A stretch of DNA of 64,000 bases, taken from positions 62,001 to 126,000 of the forward strand of contig NIVC01002256.1 in the NCBI GenBank assembly GCA_002269645.1. Direction: 5' to 3'. The position numbers and the translations under genes were made by a program. This DNA is from Macrostomum lignano (lineage: Eukaryota). Below are positions 1-12,834 of the stretch, in pieces; position 1 is the first letter of the stretch; each line of letters starts with the position of its first letter. A model generated the notes under the pieces. The model did not search any database, was not told the origin of the DNA, and worked only from the letters and a program-made list of their open reading frames with translations.

Positions 1-440
1 CCCTACACTGTTCCAGGCCAAGTGTACATTGCTCTTAGTCCAAGCCTTCCCAAACCAACTAATTACTGCCCCACTGCGCACTGCCCAGTCCCAGGCTTCC
101 CCCAACCCCCACCCACTGCCTCAGTGTACATTGCTTCAGTGTCAGCCTTCCCCCAAACCCACCTACTGCCTCAGTGTACATTGCGTTAGTGTCAGCCTTC
201 CCCCAAACCCACCCACTGCCCTAGTGTACATTGCTTCTGTGTCAGCCTCCCCCAACCTCCACCCACTGCCTCAGTGTACATTGCTTCAGTGTCAGCCTCC
301 CCCAACCCCCACCCACTGCCTCAGTGTACATTGCTTCAGTGTCAGCCTTCCCCCAAACCCACCCACTGCCTCAGTCAACATTGCTTCAGTGTCAGCCTCC
401 CCCAACCCCCACCCACTGCCTTAGTGTACATTGCTTCAGT
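1..440. repeat. Minisatellite, 50-bp unit, about 8 copies
   Basis: tcagtgtacattgc recurs at 121, 171, 221, 271, 321, 371, 421 (period 50). Confidence 0.9.
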
Positions 441-969
441 AACCCCGTACAGTGTCATTCCTAGTCCTAGCCTTCCTTTAACTGCCTATCCCGTACATAA
501 TTAACTCTAAAACCTCAGAATACATTTACCAGCTTGTGTGAAGAGCAAAACTAAGTACTTTATTCCTCGTCATAATATCGCAAAAATCCTCACTATTACA
601 CTTAAGTGCTTCAGACAACAGTTTGCGCTTTTTTGGGATTTTTCGTTGTTTACTGATCCCCTGCATCGGCTCTTGACCCACACTCGACTCTCTCGATGGG
701 TTCGCTTTTTGGTTTGGGGTATGAGAGCATGGGAGCTTTTCGCTTCCTAGAGAGATGATGAGGGAGATGAGAGAGTTCCAAAATTTAAAGCTGCGAGATG
801 CGCGGCATCCTCCCCCTCCCCCGTTCGTCTGGAGCCTGTCAGTCAATATCTTCCACACCCAGATGAGCGGATCTGAGGGATTAGGGATTAAGGATATCGC
901 GTGGCAGAAAAATAGTCTAAAGGGGCTACTAAGCGGGTCTGGGCTGGGGTTGCTTCCTATCTGCCTTTC

Positions 970-1320
970 CAGGATCGCCTCAGGGAAGTCCCAATCATTG
1001 GAATCTCCTTCAGGAAAATGCTAGCCATTGGAATCTCTTCAGGGTTATCCCAGTCATTGGAATCTCCTCAGGGAAATCCCAGTCATTGGAATCTCCTCAG
1101 GGAAATCCCAGTCAGGCAAATTACAACCAGTGGAATCACCTCCAGGGAAATCCCAAATCAGTGAAATCTCCTCAGGAAAATCCCAGTCTGTAGAATCTCC
1201 TCCACGTATATCCCAGCCATTGGAATCTCCACGGAAATCTCATTTACTAAAATCCCCTCCTGGGAAATCCCAGTCATTTCCTTTCAGTGAAACCTCTGTA
1301 ATCCCAGTGAATGGAATCCC
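970..1320. repeat. Degenerate minisatellite, about 30-bp unit
   Basis: Recurrent ggaatctcctcagggaaatcccagtcatt-like units. Confidence 0.7.
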
Positions 1321-1733
1321 ATATTAATATGAAAGCAAATATCAGTATAATCTAATATTCGCTTCAGACTAATGAGCCGCACTTTAAACAAAGGCAGAAA
1401 TCGATCTAAGGTTCTACTACCAGTGGTTACAATTAAAAGTACACTATATATGTATATACACTATATCATGGGAATTATTTAAATCTGTAGGAGGCAAGTA
1501 AGAACCCGTCAAATGACCTTGAGCAGTTGCTACTCTCTCGCGCATCAATCAGCGTTGGTTTTCGCGAGAACTTTTTTTACCAAACGAAGAAAACGAAAAT
1601 CTTTTATACTTGTATAAAGTATAGAGAGAAGATTGCATATATATATATATATAGCCTACATATGTCTGAAGGACAGGACTTGCTGATTATATTGTAAGCT
1701 GGGATTGCGTGTGTGACAAATTTGCTTAAGTTG

Positions 1734-1773
<40 letters not shown>

Positions 1774-3191
1774 GTCTTCTCTCATCTCCTTCTCACTCCT
1801 CACTCACTCGATGTGCTTTTTTTATCGGAATTCGCTGCGTCTTCTGTCGACTGGTGTGGCGCTGATGGCATGCGAATTTGGTTTAACACTAATTTCTGCC
1901 TGCTGTGTTGCTCAGGTCGGGGCAAGTACTGGGAGCTGCGGGAGAGCGGATAGCACTTTGAGTGGGAAGGTCCAGAGAATAAATGGATAAGGGAATATGA
2001 GAGAGTGATTGGTAGTTGTCGGCCACAATTTGACTGCCAACGATTTAGATTAAGGTTCGGAAGTAGGGTTGGGTTTAGGTTTACGTTTAGGTTTTGATTT
2101 TTAACCTCAAGGGCCAGATAGAGAACCCAGTGCATGGCTGCGGGCCTGAGGAGGGCAGAGAGGGGAGAAAATAGAAACAAAAAGATAGGAGAGGAGAGAA
2201 GAGAAGGGAGAGGAGAGGAGATTGTAGACAAGAAAACTGAGAATAGACGCAAACCTTGAGCGTGCCCGGGTTCGATTCCGTTCCCATCATAACATGGGAA
2301 TATGAGATAATTATAAGGGTAGCGCGGATTGATAGCAGTGTATGGCAGAATGGTGAGCAGTTATTTCATCTCATTAGCCATGCAGGTCTTTAATAATAAA
2401 GAGTTCAGTTTGGTTAAGCCAGCGCGCAGTGCGCAATGTCAATGCTCCCATCAATCAAATTTTCAGTCAAAGAAGTTCCCCAATCATCAGTGAGGCATTC
2501 AAGTTTGGCTTTCCATCGGCATTTAGCTCAATCCCTACTAATCTTGTAGATGCCAATAGAATACAGCTGGGAGGGAAGGACTGCGCGGTAACCGATCCTT
2601 GTGTATCATCATGCAAGCAGTTTCAAGCAGCAGTGCTCCTCCTCTGTAGTTCCACTTCCTATTAAAGGTCTTGGGGAGTTTATATGCGGCACATTGAATA
2701 TGTTTAACTTAGTTTAGCATGTTTTTATAGTGCGTGTAGAGAGCTTAACAGTAGGGCAAATTGAATGTAATTTTGCGTTTGCTATTCTTCGGGAGAGGGT
2801 CTGGGTCTGCTAGCATTTGACTGTTGATTGTCTTAGCCAGCCCTACTTGGTTTTGTCTGCAATTATAGAGGAGTTTGTCGGTGTTTAGTGTTGCTTTACA
2901 GGGGAATTAATAAACCAAAGTGAGGGTTAATGTGTGAATTAACAAGTGTGCGATTTGATAACTGATTAACCTACAAATATGACGGTTCACACCTTCCTTT
3001 CTAGTGGAACGATAGTCTATGGCCAAACCTCACTAAAAACAAAGCCTGAGAACTCAAAACGAGGCCTGTTAACCGGTTAACAGGCCTAATAACAAGGCCT
3101 GAGAACATTTTAGAACGACTATAATTTGTCAGTTAGTCCATTAGAAGTATAAACTATCAACAGCAGTAACGACCGATTCATTCTTGCCGAT

Positions 3192-4391
3192 TCACTCGAA
3201 CATGATTTCTACGGTGTTGGTGTCACCGTGGACAGTCATGCGCATCTTCTTGGTAGTACCCTCAGACACAACATCTTGCTCATTGGTCCGCCCGTTGGAC
3301 TCCACGGCTCCTCCGGCGTGTAGAGCGTAGGTCATACGCAAATGGTCCTGGACGTCTAGCCGTATGTACCTCTCAATTGCGTTGGACGAATGTCCAGTGA
3401 CGCGGGCTATATCGTCCCTAGCCAGTCCAGCCCGATGCAACGTGCTGGCACAAGTCTTCCTTAGAGACTGGTTTGAGAATTTACCATCCGTAGACACGGG
3501 TTTGGTGATATTCGCCACAATGGAATCGAGAGTATGCCGGCCGATAGGTCCATTCTGGTACCATCTGCCGCTCTTAATGGCAGACTCACTTCGAAACCAA
3601 GTCAGAAAGAGGTTCTCGTGCTTACATTGCTCCGGTCGGTAGCCGTCGTAGATTTTATAAATGCACGGAAGGCAGCGCTCATGATCTGGGGTGTGCGAAG
3701 CCATGACAACCTTCACAGGACGATTCTTGCTTCTGATCCCAGCGTTGTTGGTTTTCGTGCTCCGCTCCTCTCTGTAGACCAACATTTCCTGGCCATCGTG
3801 TAGTTCCAAGCAAATCTCTTCGCCTCTCTTTAGACTGTGCAGCTCTGTACCACCACGTATGGCGAAGTTTTTTCCGATATAGAACACGAGCGTATACACC
3901 AGAGTCTTGGGATCGCCTGTACCAAGGAGTTTCTTATCCCATAGATCTTTTTCCGTGTCGAACGGAATCGGGTCAGAAGCAAACTTTCCAGCAACGTTGC
4001 CCTCCTTGGTCGTCTCCTTCATCGCAGCATCAAGCGCTCTTCGAGCACCCAGAAAATCGTCATCTTTCCATAGATTCCAGTTAGTGCCAAGTCCAAAATG
4101 TACGTGTCGCTGCAACATGTTAAACACATCTCTCAGACTGCTCGAGTTATACTTGGTACCGTCAGTTTTTCTAACCTCGAACAGGAAGGTCTTTAGTAGA
4201 TAGTTCCAATCCGATTTTCCCCATTCGGAACGCTCCTTAAACACAGATAGACCGCAGGCGTCTCCATGAAGCAGTTTGGTTTGCCTCTCCTGAAACCAGT
4301 CGTCAAATAGCTTTAGTGCCCATCGTTCCTTCCGGCGTGTCGATTCCGGCACAGCAGCGTCAATCCTTTCAGCAACCTCGTTATCGGACAT
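3192..4391 (-). CDS. Crypton tyrosine recombinase (DUF3504/ZMYM-QRICH1-KCTD1-like YR domain), N-terminally truncated but open, 399 aa from the junction ATG
   Basis: YR motifs FAIRGG (R), KTNNAG (K), NQSLR (HxxR position), VTGHSS (H), IERY (Y). Frame open 4415-3192; ATG at 4391-4389. Confidence 0.8.
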   Translation of the reverse strand: MSDNEVAERIDAAVPESTRRKERWALKLFDDWFQERQTKLLHGDACGLSVFKERSEWGKSDWNYLLKTFLFEVRKTDGTKYNSSSLRDVFNMLQRHVHFGLGTNWNLWKDDDFLGARRALDAAMKETTKEGNVAGKFASDPIPFDTEKDLWDKKLLGTGDPKTLVYTLVFYIGKNFAIRGGTELHSLKRGEEICLELHDGQEMLVYREERSTKTNNAGIRSKNRPVKVVMASHTPDHERCLPCIYKIYDGYRPEQCKHENLFLTWFRSESAIKSGRWYQNGPIGRHTLDSIVANITKPVSTDGKFSNQSLRKTCASTLHRAGLARDDIARVTGHSSNAIERYIRLDVQDHLRMTYALHAGGAVESNGRTNEQDVVSEGTTKKMRMTVHGDTNTVEIMFE

Positions 4392-4631
4392 TAACCTACA
4401 GATATGACGGTTCACACTAAATTCCTAGGCTCCTTCCTTTCTAGTGGAACGATAGTCTATGGCCAAACCTCACTAAAAACAAAGCCTGAGAACTCAAAAC
4501 GAGGCCTGTTAACCGGTTAACAGGCCTAAGAACAAGGCCTGAGAACATTTTAGAACGACTATAATTTGTCAGTTAGTCAGTTAGAAGTATAAACTATCAA
4601 CAGCAGTAAAGACCGATTCATTCTTGCCGAT

Positions 4632-5381
4632 TTACTCGAACATGATTTCTTCGGTGTTGGTGTCACCGTGGACAGTCATGCGCATCTTCTTGGTAGTACC
4701 CTCAGACACAACATCTTGCTCATTGGTCCGCCCATTGGACTCCACGGCTCCTCCGGCGTGTAGAGCGTAGGTTATACGCGAATGATCCTGGACGTCTAAC
4801 CGTGTACCTCTCAATTGCGTTGGACGAATGTCCAGTGACGCGGGCTATATCGTCCCTAGCCAGTCCAGCCCGATGCAACGTGCTGGCACAAGTCTTCCTT
4901 AGAGACTGGTTTGAGAATTTACCATCCGTAGACACGGGTTTGGTGATATTCGCCACAATTGGAGTCGAGAGTATGCCGGCCGATAGGTAGACACAGATAG
5001 ACCGCAGGCGTCTCCATGAAGCAGTTTGGTTTGCCTCTCCTGAAACCAGTCGTCAAATTGCTTTAGTGCCCATCGTTCCTTCCGGCGTGTCGATTCCGGC
5101 ACAGCAGCGTCAATCCTTTCAGCAACCTCGTTATCGGACAGTAAAGCAAATCTAGAAGCCTCGTTTTCTCTCAGTTCAATGTCATTTAACCAGTCGAAAG
5201 CGAGTTCCAAGTCGTGTTCCATGATTCTCAGTTCTCTCTGATTTTCTCTAGCTGCCCAAACCTTTCCGTTCTCGCTTTTTAATTTAAGCATCGAATCTTT
5301 AACTTTAATTTTTATGTCTATGGTTAAATGTGGGGCGGCTGCTCCCCACACCCCCGCTTTTGACGAATACCTCACTCCCAC
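4632..5381 (-). pseudogene. Internally deleted, frameshifted second copy of the Crypton recombinase; carries the true N-terminus
   Basis: N-terminal ...ENEASRFALLSDNEVAERIDAAVPESTRRKERWA matches copy 1. Deletion junction near 4988-4992 (gatag near both breakpoints), a 2-bp deletion near 4803 and a 1-bp insertion near 4959. Confidence 0.85.
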
Positions 5382-5408
5382 TCCCAGTCGCTTCCAATAT
5401 CTGTAGAT

Positions 5409-5558
5409 TAAGTACGATCTTTGTCTGTTCTTTTGGTTCTATGGCAGAAAGACCTCGGACGCAATTCTAAGGCCTCGGTTTCGCCTCGGCCTGAGAACAG
5501 CGTCCTCGGCCCTTCTCTGCCATAGGAACCAAAAGAACAGACAAAGATTATATACTTA
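5409..5558. mobile_element. 150-bp foldback (MITE-like) element abutting the Crypton TTAA end
   Basis: Arms taagtacgatctttgtctgttcttttggttctatggcaga / tctgccataggaaccaaaagaacagacaaagattatatactta, plus inner stems ggacgc/gcgtcc, ttct/agaa and aggcc/ggcct. Confidence 0.7.
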
Positions 5559-5564
5559 GATAGG

Positions 5565-6560
5565 TGGATCAGCAAATGACTGAATGAATGAGTGAATCAA
5601 CAGTAGCAAGTGAATAGGTGAATCAACTGTAACAAGTTAATGAGTTAATGGGTGAATCAACAGTAACAAGGGAATGAGTGAATAGGTAAACCAACAGTGG
5701 TAAGTGAATGAGTGAATGGGTAAACCAACAGTAGCAAGTGAATGAGTGAATGGGTAAACCAACAGTAACAAGTGGATGAGTGAATAGGTGAATCAACAGT
5801 AACAAGTGAATGAGTGAATAGGTAAACCAACAGTAACAAGTGGATGAGTGAATAGGTGAATCAACAGTAACAAGTGAATAAGTGAATGGGTAAACCAACA
5901 GTAGCAAGTGAATGAGTGAATGGGTAAACCAACAGTAGCAAGTGAATGAGTGAATGGGTAAACCAACAGTAACAAGTGAATGGGTGAATCAACAGTAACA
6001 AGTGAATGAGTGAATAGGTAAACCAACAGTAACATGTGAATGAGTGAATGGGTGAATCAACAGTAACAAGTTAATGAGTTAATGGGTGAACCAACAGTAA
6101 CAAGTGGATGAGTGAATAGGTGAACCAACAGTAACAAGTGGATGAGTGAATAGGTGAACCAACAGTAACAAGTGAATGAGTGAATGGGTAAACCAACAGT
6201 AACAAGTGAATGAGTGAATAGGTAAACAAACAGTAACATGTGGATGAGTGAATAGGTGAACCAACAGTAGCAAGTGCATGAGTGAATAGGTGAACCAACA
6301 GTAACAAGTGAATGAGTGAATGGATGAATCGACAGTACCAAGTGAATGAGTGAATGGGTGAATCAGCAGCAACTAGTGAATGAGTTAATGGGTGAATCAG
6401 CAGTAGCGAGTGACTATGTAAATAAGTGAGTCAACAGTAGCAAGTGAATGAGTGAATGGGTGAATCAACAGTAACAAGTGACTATGTGAATAAGTGAATC
6501 AACAGTTACAAGTGAATGAGTGAATCAACAATAACAAGTGAATGAGTGAGTGAATATAGA
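5565..6560. repeat. Intronic minisatellite, 34-bp unit
   Basis: gtgaatgagtgaatgggtaaaccaacagtaacaa repeated; ends about 25 bp before the kinase exon acceptor. Confidence 0.9.
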
Positions 6561-6586
6561 AACTAATTAGCGTTACCTTACTACAG

Positions 6587-8388
<1,802 letters not shown>

Positions 8389-8819
8389 TTATGCCTGATT
8401 AGCATCAGTATGAAAATTTAGCGTGAAAGTACTTTTTCGTACTTTTCCTTGCGTGTTGAATAGAGAAGAGCAGCTTATAGTGCTAATATAAATGGCGAAG
8501 ATATGATGCAGGCTCCTCCTATTATTATTCATTTCTAGATCTTGTTGGTGATAATTATTTAATTATTTTTGGCGATTTTTCGGCGTCTGCTTTTTGGCCT
8601 GTCTGCCTTGCTTGTTTCACGTAGTTCTTGGCAAATTCATTTTAGTTCCATGAGCTGACGATATATATAATTAAAAATGATAATAATTCGATTCATATTC
8701 TAAAGATGATTGTCTAAGGCTAAGCAGTTCTATCACAAAGCTTTTCTAGCGTCTTAAATATTTGTTTTTGTACACAGCTTTGCACTGCCATTTGCACATT
8801 TAAATCCCTCCCTTAAATA

Positions 8820-9720
8820 CTCCCCATCTCACTCCTGAGGACTCCCTATCTCACCCCTGAGCACTCGCCATCTCACTCCTGAGCACTCGCCATCTCACCC
8901 TTGAGCACTCGCCATCTCACGCCTGAGGACTCCCTCATCTCATTCCTTAGGACTCCCCATCTCACCCCTGAGGACTCCCCCATCTCACTCCTGAGGACTT
9001 TCTATCTCACTCCTGAGGACTTTCTATCTCATTCCTTAGGACTCCCCATCTCACCGCTATGGACTCCCTCATCTCACTCCTGAGGACTCCCTATCTCACC
9101 CCTGAGGACTCCCCCATCTCACCGCTATGGACTCCCTCATCTCACTCCTGAGAACTTCCTATCTCACTCCTGAGGACTCCCCATCTCATTCCTTAGGACT
9201 CCCCATCTCACTCCTGAGGACTCCCCATCTCATTCCTTAGGACTCCCCATCTCACTCCAGAGGACTCCCTATCTCACTCCTGAGGACTCCCCATCTCACT
9301 CCTGAGGACTCCCTATCTCACTCCTGAGGACTCCCTATCTCACTCCTGAGGACTCCCCCATCTCACTCCTGAGAACTTCCTATCTCACTCCTGAGGACTC
9401 CCCATCTCATTCCTTAGGACTCCCCATCTCACTCCTGAGGACTCCCCATCTCATTCCTTAGGACTCCCCATCTCACTCCAGAGGACTCCCTATCTCACTC
9501 CTGAGGACTCCCCATCTCACTCCTGAGGACTCCCTATCTCACTCCTGAGGACTCCCTATCTCACTCCTGAGGACTCCCCATCTCACTCCTGAGGACTCCC
9601 CATCTCACTCCTGAGGACTCCCTATCTCACTCCTGAGGACTCCCCATCTCACTCCTGAGGACTCCCCATCTCACTCCTGAGGACTCCCCATCTCACTTCT
9701 GAAGACTCTCCATCTCACAA
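8820..9720. repeat. Minisatellite, 22-bp unit with about 220-bp higher-order block
   Basis: ctcactcctgaggactccccat repeated; the variant block starting ctgagaacttcc recurs near 9148 and 9368. Confidence 0.9.
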
Positions 9721-10929
9721 GTAATGAATACTTATCTCACCCATTTATTTTCCTCTCCAGTTTCGTATTTTGCTGCTAAAATTTTTGGTTTCTTTGAACA
9801 AAAAAGTTTTTATTATAAATAATAAATTTAGATAACAATTCACTACTTTTTCTACTTGTGCGAGTAGAAAGTTGCGCAAATTGATGGCCTTTTCAGCTGA
9901 TATAACCGATTATATTATACGATTGCATTTTTGTACGCCTGCAATGCTCAGTTGAACCACCGCTCGCCCCAAGGACCCCTGCAGAGGAGAGTAAATTGAA
10001 GCCTAGTCAAGCTTATGTCTGCTGCTTTTTCCAGGATTTTTATCGTTGCTTCGAAATACGCGCTTTTTGCTTCATTTTTTCCCCTGGACTCAATTGCTGC
10101 TCCCGTCTGGCAGTTTAAATAGAATAAATAGCCTGCTCAGCTTAAACTTATTACTCTCATTGTTAATTCTTCTGATTGTGCTCTATTTTTTCCTTTTGTA
10201 ATAGTATATATTTTAAATGCGTAAGGTGTGCTTTTTACTCCAGTAATTGTGTTTTGCGTGTTGTTAGTCAATATCTATATATTTAACTATTGTACACAAT
10301 TATATTAATATTGAGTATAACTTTACTTGCGTTTAATATACATGTGTGTTTCTTAAACATTTTATTTTATTCTATAATATCTATAGTCGGATACTTGGGA
10401 GTTTTACTCTGCCTCAAGACTTGTGCCTGGCCTGTGTACATTATCTCTGAGCCACTTATGGCATACGAAATACCTGCTATGCGCAAAACACAGTTTTGTA
10501 ATGTTTCCTAGAACTGCGCTTGCTGCTGCTGTTGTTGCTATTCGACCATATAGTAAATGTTTCGTTTTAATTTATTCACGTTTTAAAAAGTTATGCTCAT
10601 TTGTTACATTAGTATTATTGTTTATAATAAGTTACCTGCGGTTCTGCTCGCTCTGACTGCTCTAAGTGGAATAGAATATAATCGCTTTTAAACTTTATTA
10701 ATGTTTGATAAGATTTTATGGCCTTCATTATTGACGCTCGACGTCTCCAGCTGGTGGGATTGAAATTCTTTAAGTTTTTTATGACGCTTGAACTTTTTTC
10801 TGTACTTTATTTGCATGTTATTGGTCTTTTTTGTTACTCCTGTTTTTTATTATTCAAGAAATCGAGTAGAATATCATCCGCTTTCAATTCAATACGAATA
10901 AGGTTTATCTACACACACGCGTGGACCAA

Positions 10930-11775
10930 CCCCATGACGGCTTTTCTCACCCTAATATACACCTGGCCTGACCAGCCCACGAGAGCCTCTCTACCCCCAA
11001 TGTACACTCGGTCTGACCAGCCCATGAGAGCCTCTCTCCTCCCAATGTACACTCGGTCTACCAGCCCACGAGAGCCTCTCTCCTCCCAATGTACACTCGG
11101 CCTGACCAGCCCACAAGAGCCTCTCACCCCAATGTACACTCGGCCTGACCAGCCCACGAGAGCGTCTCTCCCCCAATGTACACTCGGTCTACCAGCCCAC
11201 GAAAGCCTCTCTCCCCCCAATGTACACTCGGCCTGACCAGCCCACAAGAGCCTCTCCCCCCAATGTACACTCGGCCTGACCAGCCCACGAGAGCCTCTCT
11301 CCCCCCAATGTACACTCGGTCTACCAGCCCACGAAAGCCTCTCCCCCCAATGTACACTCGGCCTGACCAGCCCCAAACGAGAGCCTCTCCCCCAATGTAC
11401 ACTCGGCCTGACCAGCCCCAAACGAGAGCCTCTCCCCCAATGTACACTCGGCCTGACCAGCCCCAAACGAGAGCCTCTCCCCCAATGTACACTCGGCCTG
11501 ACCAGCCCCAAACGAGAGCCTCTCCCCCAATGTACACTCGGCCTGACCAGCCCCAAACGAGAGCCTCTCCCCCAATGTACACTCGGCCTGACCAGCCCAC
11601 GAGAGCCTCTCTCCCCCCAATGTACACTCGGTCTACCAGCCCACGAAAGCCTCTCCCCCCAATGTACACTCGGCCTGACCAGCCCCAAACGAGAGCCTCT
11701 CCCCCAATGTACACTCGGCCTGACCAGCCCCAAACGAGAGCCTCTCCCCCAATGTGCACTCGGCCTGACCAGTCA
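10930..11775. repeat. Minisatellite, 43-45-bp unit
   Basis: cccaatgtacactcggcctgaccagcccc... repeated. Confidence 0.9.
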
Positions 11776-12124
11776 CTTGAAGGTTTTTCTACTTCGATCT
11801 CTACCTCTCCTTGATCTCTTCTTACTCAAGCTTGTATCTCTCCCTGCTTCCTGGATTTTCTCCATTTCGGTTTGAATGTCTAGCTATTTCTAAGTCTGGA
11901 ATTTTTCTGCTATTTTGACAAGCCAACTATTTGATGCCTATATTTACTTATGCCTGCATGCATATGCATATGTTTATATAACATAATATCTATATTTAAA
12001 TTTATATGTGCAATAGAGTCTGCGCACTCTTCAATAAAAACAATATTGCAGTGCAGTGCTGCGTTTTTCTCAGCAATATTTAACAATTGCTCCTTCATCA
12101 TTGAACTTTTTCTGTGCTTTGTAG

Positions 12125-12740
12125 AGAGATTTGAGAGTAGAAGCTTATCTCAGCAGGTGAGATTTGAGAGTAGAAGCTGACCTAAGTGAGTGAGATTTCA
12201 GAGTAGAAACTGATCTCAGTAGGAGAGATTTGAGAGTAGAAGCTGATCTCAGTGAGAATGAGATTTCAGAGTAGAAGCTTATCTCAGTAGGAGAGATTTG
12301 AGAGTAGAAGCTTATCTCAGCAGGTGAGATTTGAGAGTAGAAGCTGACCTCAGTGAGTGAGATTTCAGAGTAGAAGCCAATCTCAGTAGGTGAGATTTGA
12401 GAGTAGAAGCTGACCTCAGTGAGTGAGATTTCAGAGTAGAAGCAAATCTCAGTAGGTGAGATTTGAGAGTAGAAGCTGACCTCAGTGAGTGAGATTTCAG
12501 AGTAGAAGCCAATCTCAGTAGGTGAGATTTGAGAGTAGAAGCTGACCTCAGTGAGTGAGATTTCAGAGTAGAAGCCAATCTCAGTAGGTGAGATTTGAGA
12601 GTAGAAGCTTATCTCAGCAGGTGAGATTTGAGAGTAGAAGCTGACCTCAGTGAGTGAGATTTCAGAGTAGAAGCCAATCTCAGTAGGTGAGATTTGAGAG
12701 TAGAAGCTGACCTCAGTGAGTGAGATTTCAGAGTAGACGC
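12125..12740. repeat. Minisatellite, 39-bp unit (78-bp dimer)
   Basis: gagatttgagagtagaagct... alternating with gagatttcagagtagaagcc... Confidence 0.9.
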
Positions 12741-12834
12741 TGAAGTCTCGCATAAACAATCTCATTTCTGCAATCCTTGTCCAATAAATTCAACACGAAA
12801 ACGCACCCCAATTAAAAGATAGCGCTGAGAAATC

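Larger units (their letters stand above)
2966..5411 (-). mobile_element. Crypton-type (tyrosine recombinase) DNA transposon, partial tandem dimer bounded by TTAA-ended 15-bp inverted repeats
   Basis: ttaacctacaaatat at 2966-2980 and ttaacctacagatat at 4391-4405 are inverted relative to atatctgtagattaa at 5397-5411. Segment 4391-5140 repeats 2966-4390 with a deletion of about 690 bp. Encodes a YR protein. Confidence 0.8.

Noticed and set aside
2262-2290. tRNA gene (gggttcgattcc B box)
   Set aside because: No complete cloverleaf; this and the heads at 45540, 63035 and 43390 are better explained as SINE remnants.
2966-5411. piggyBac call because of the TTAA ends
   Set aside because: The encoded protein is a tyrosine recombinase, not a DDD transposase, and the piggyBac CCC/GGG termini are absent.
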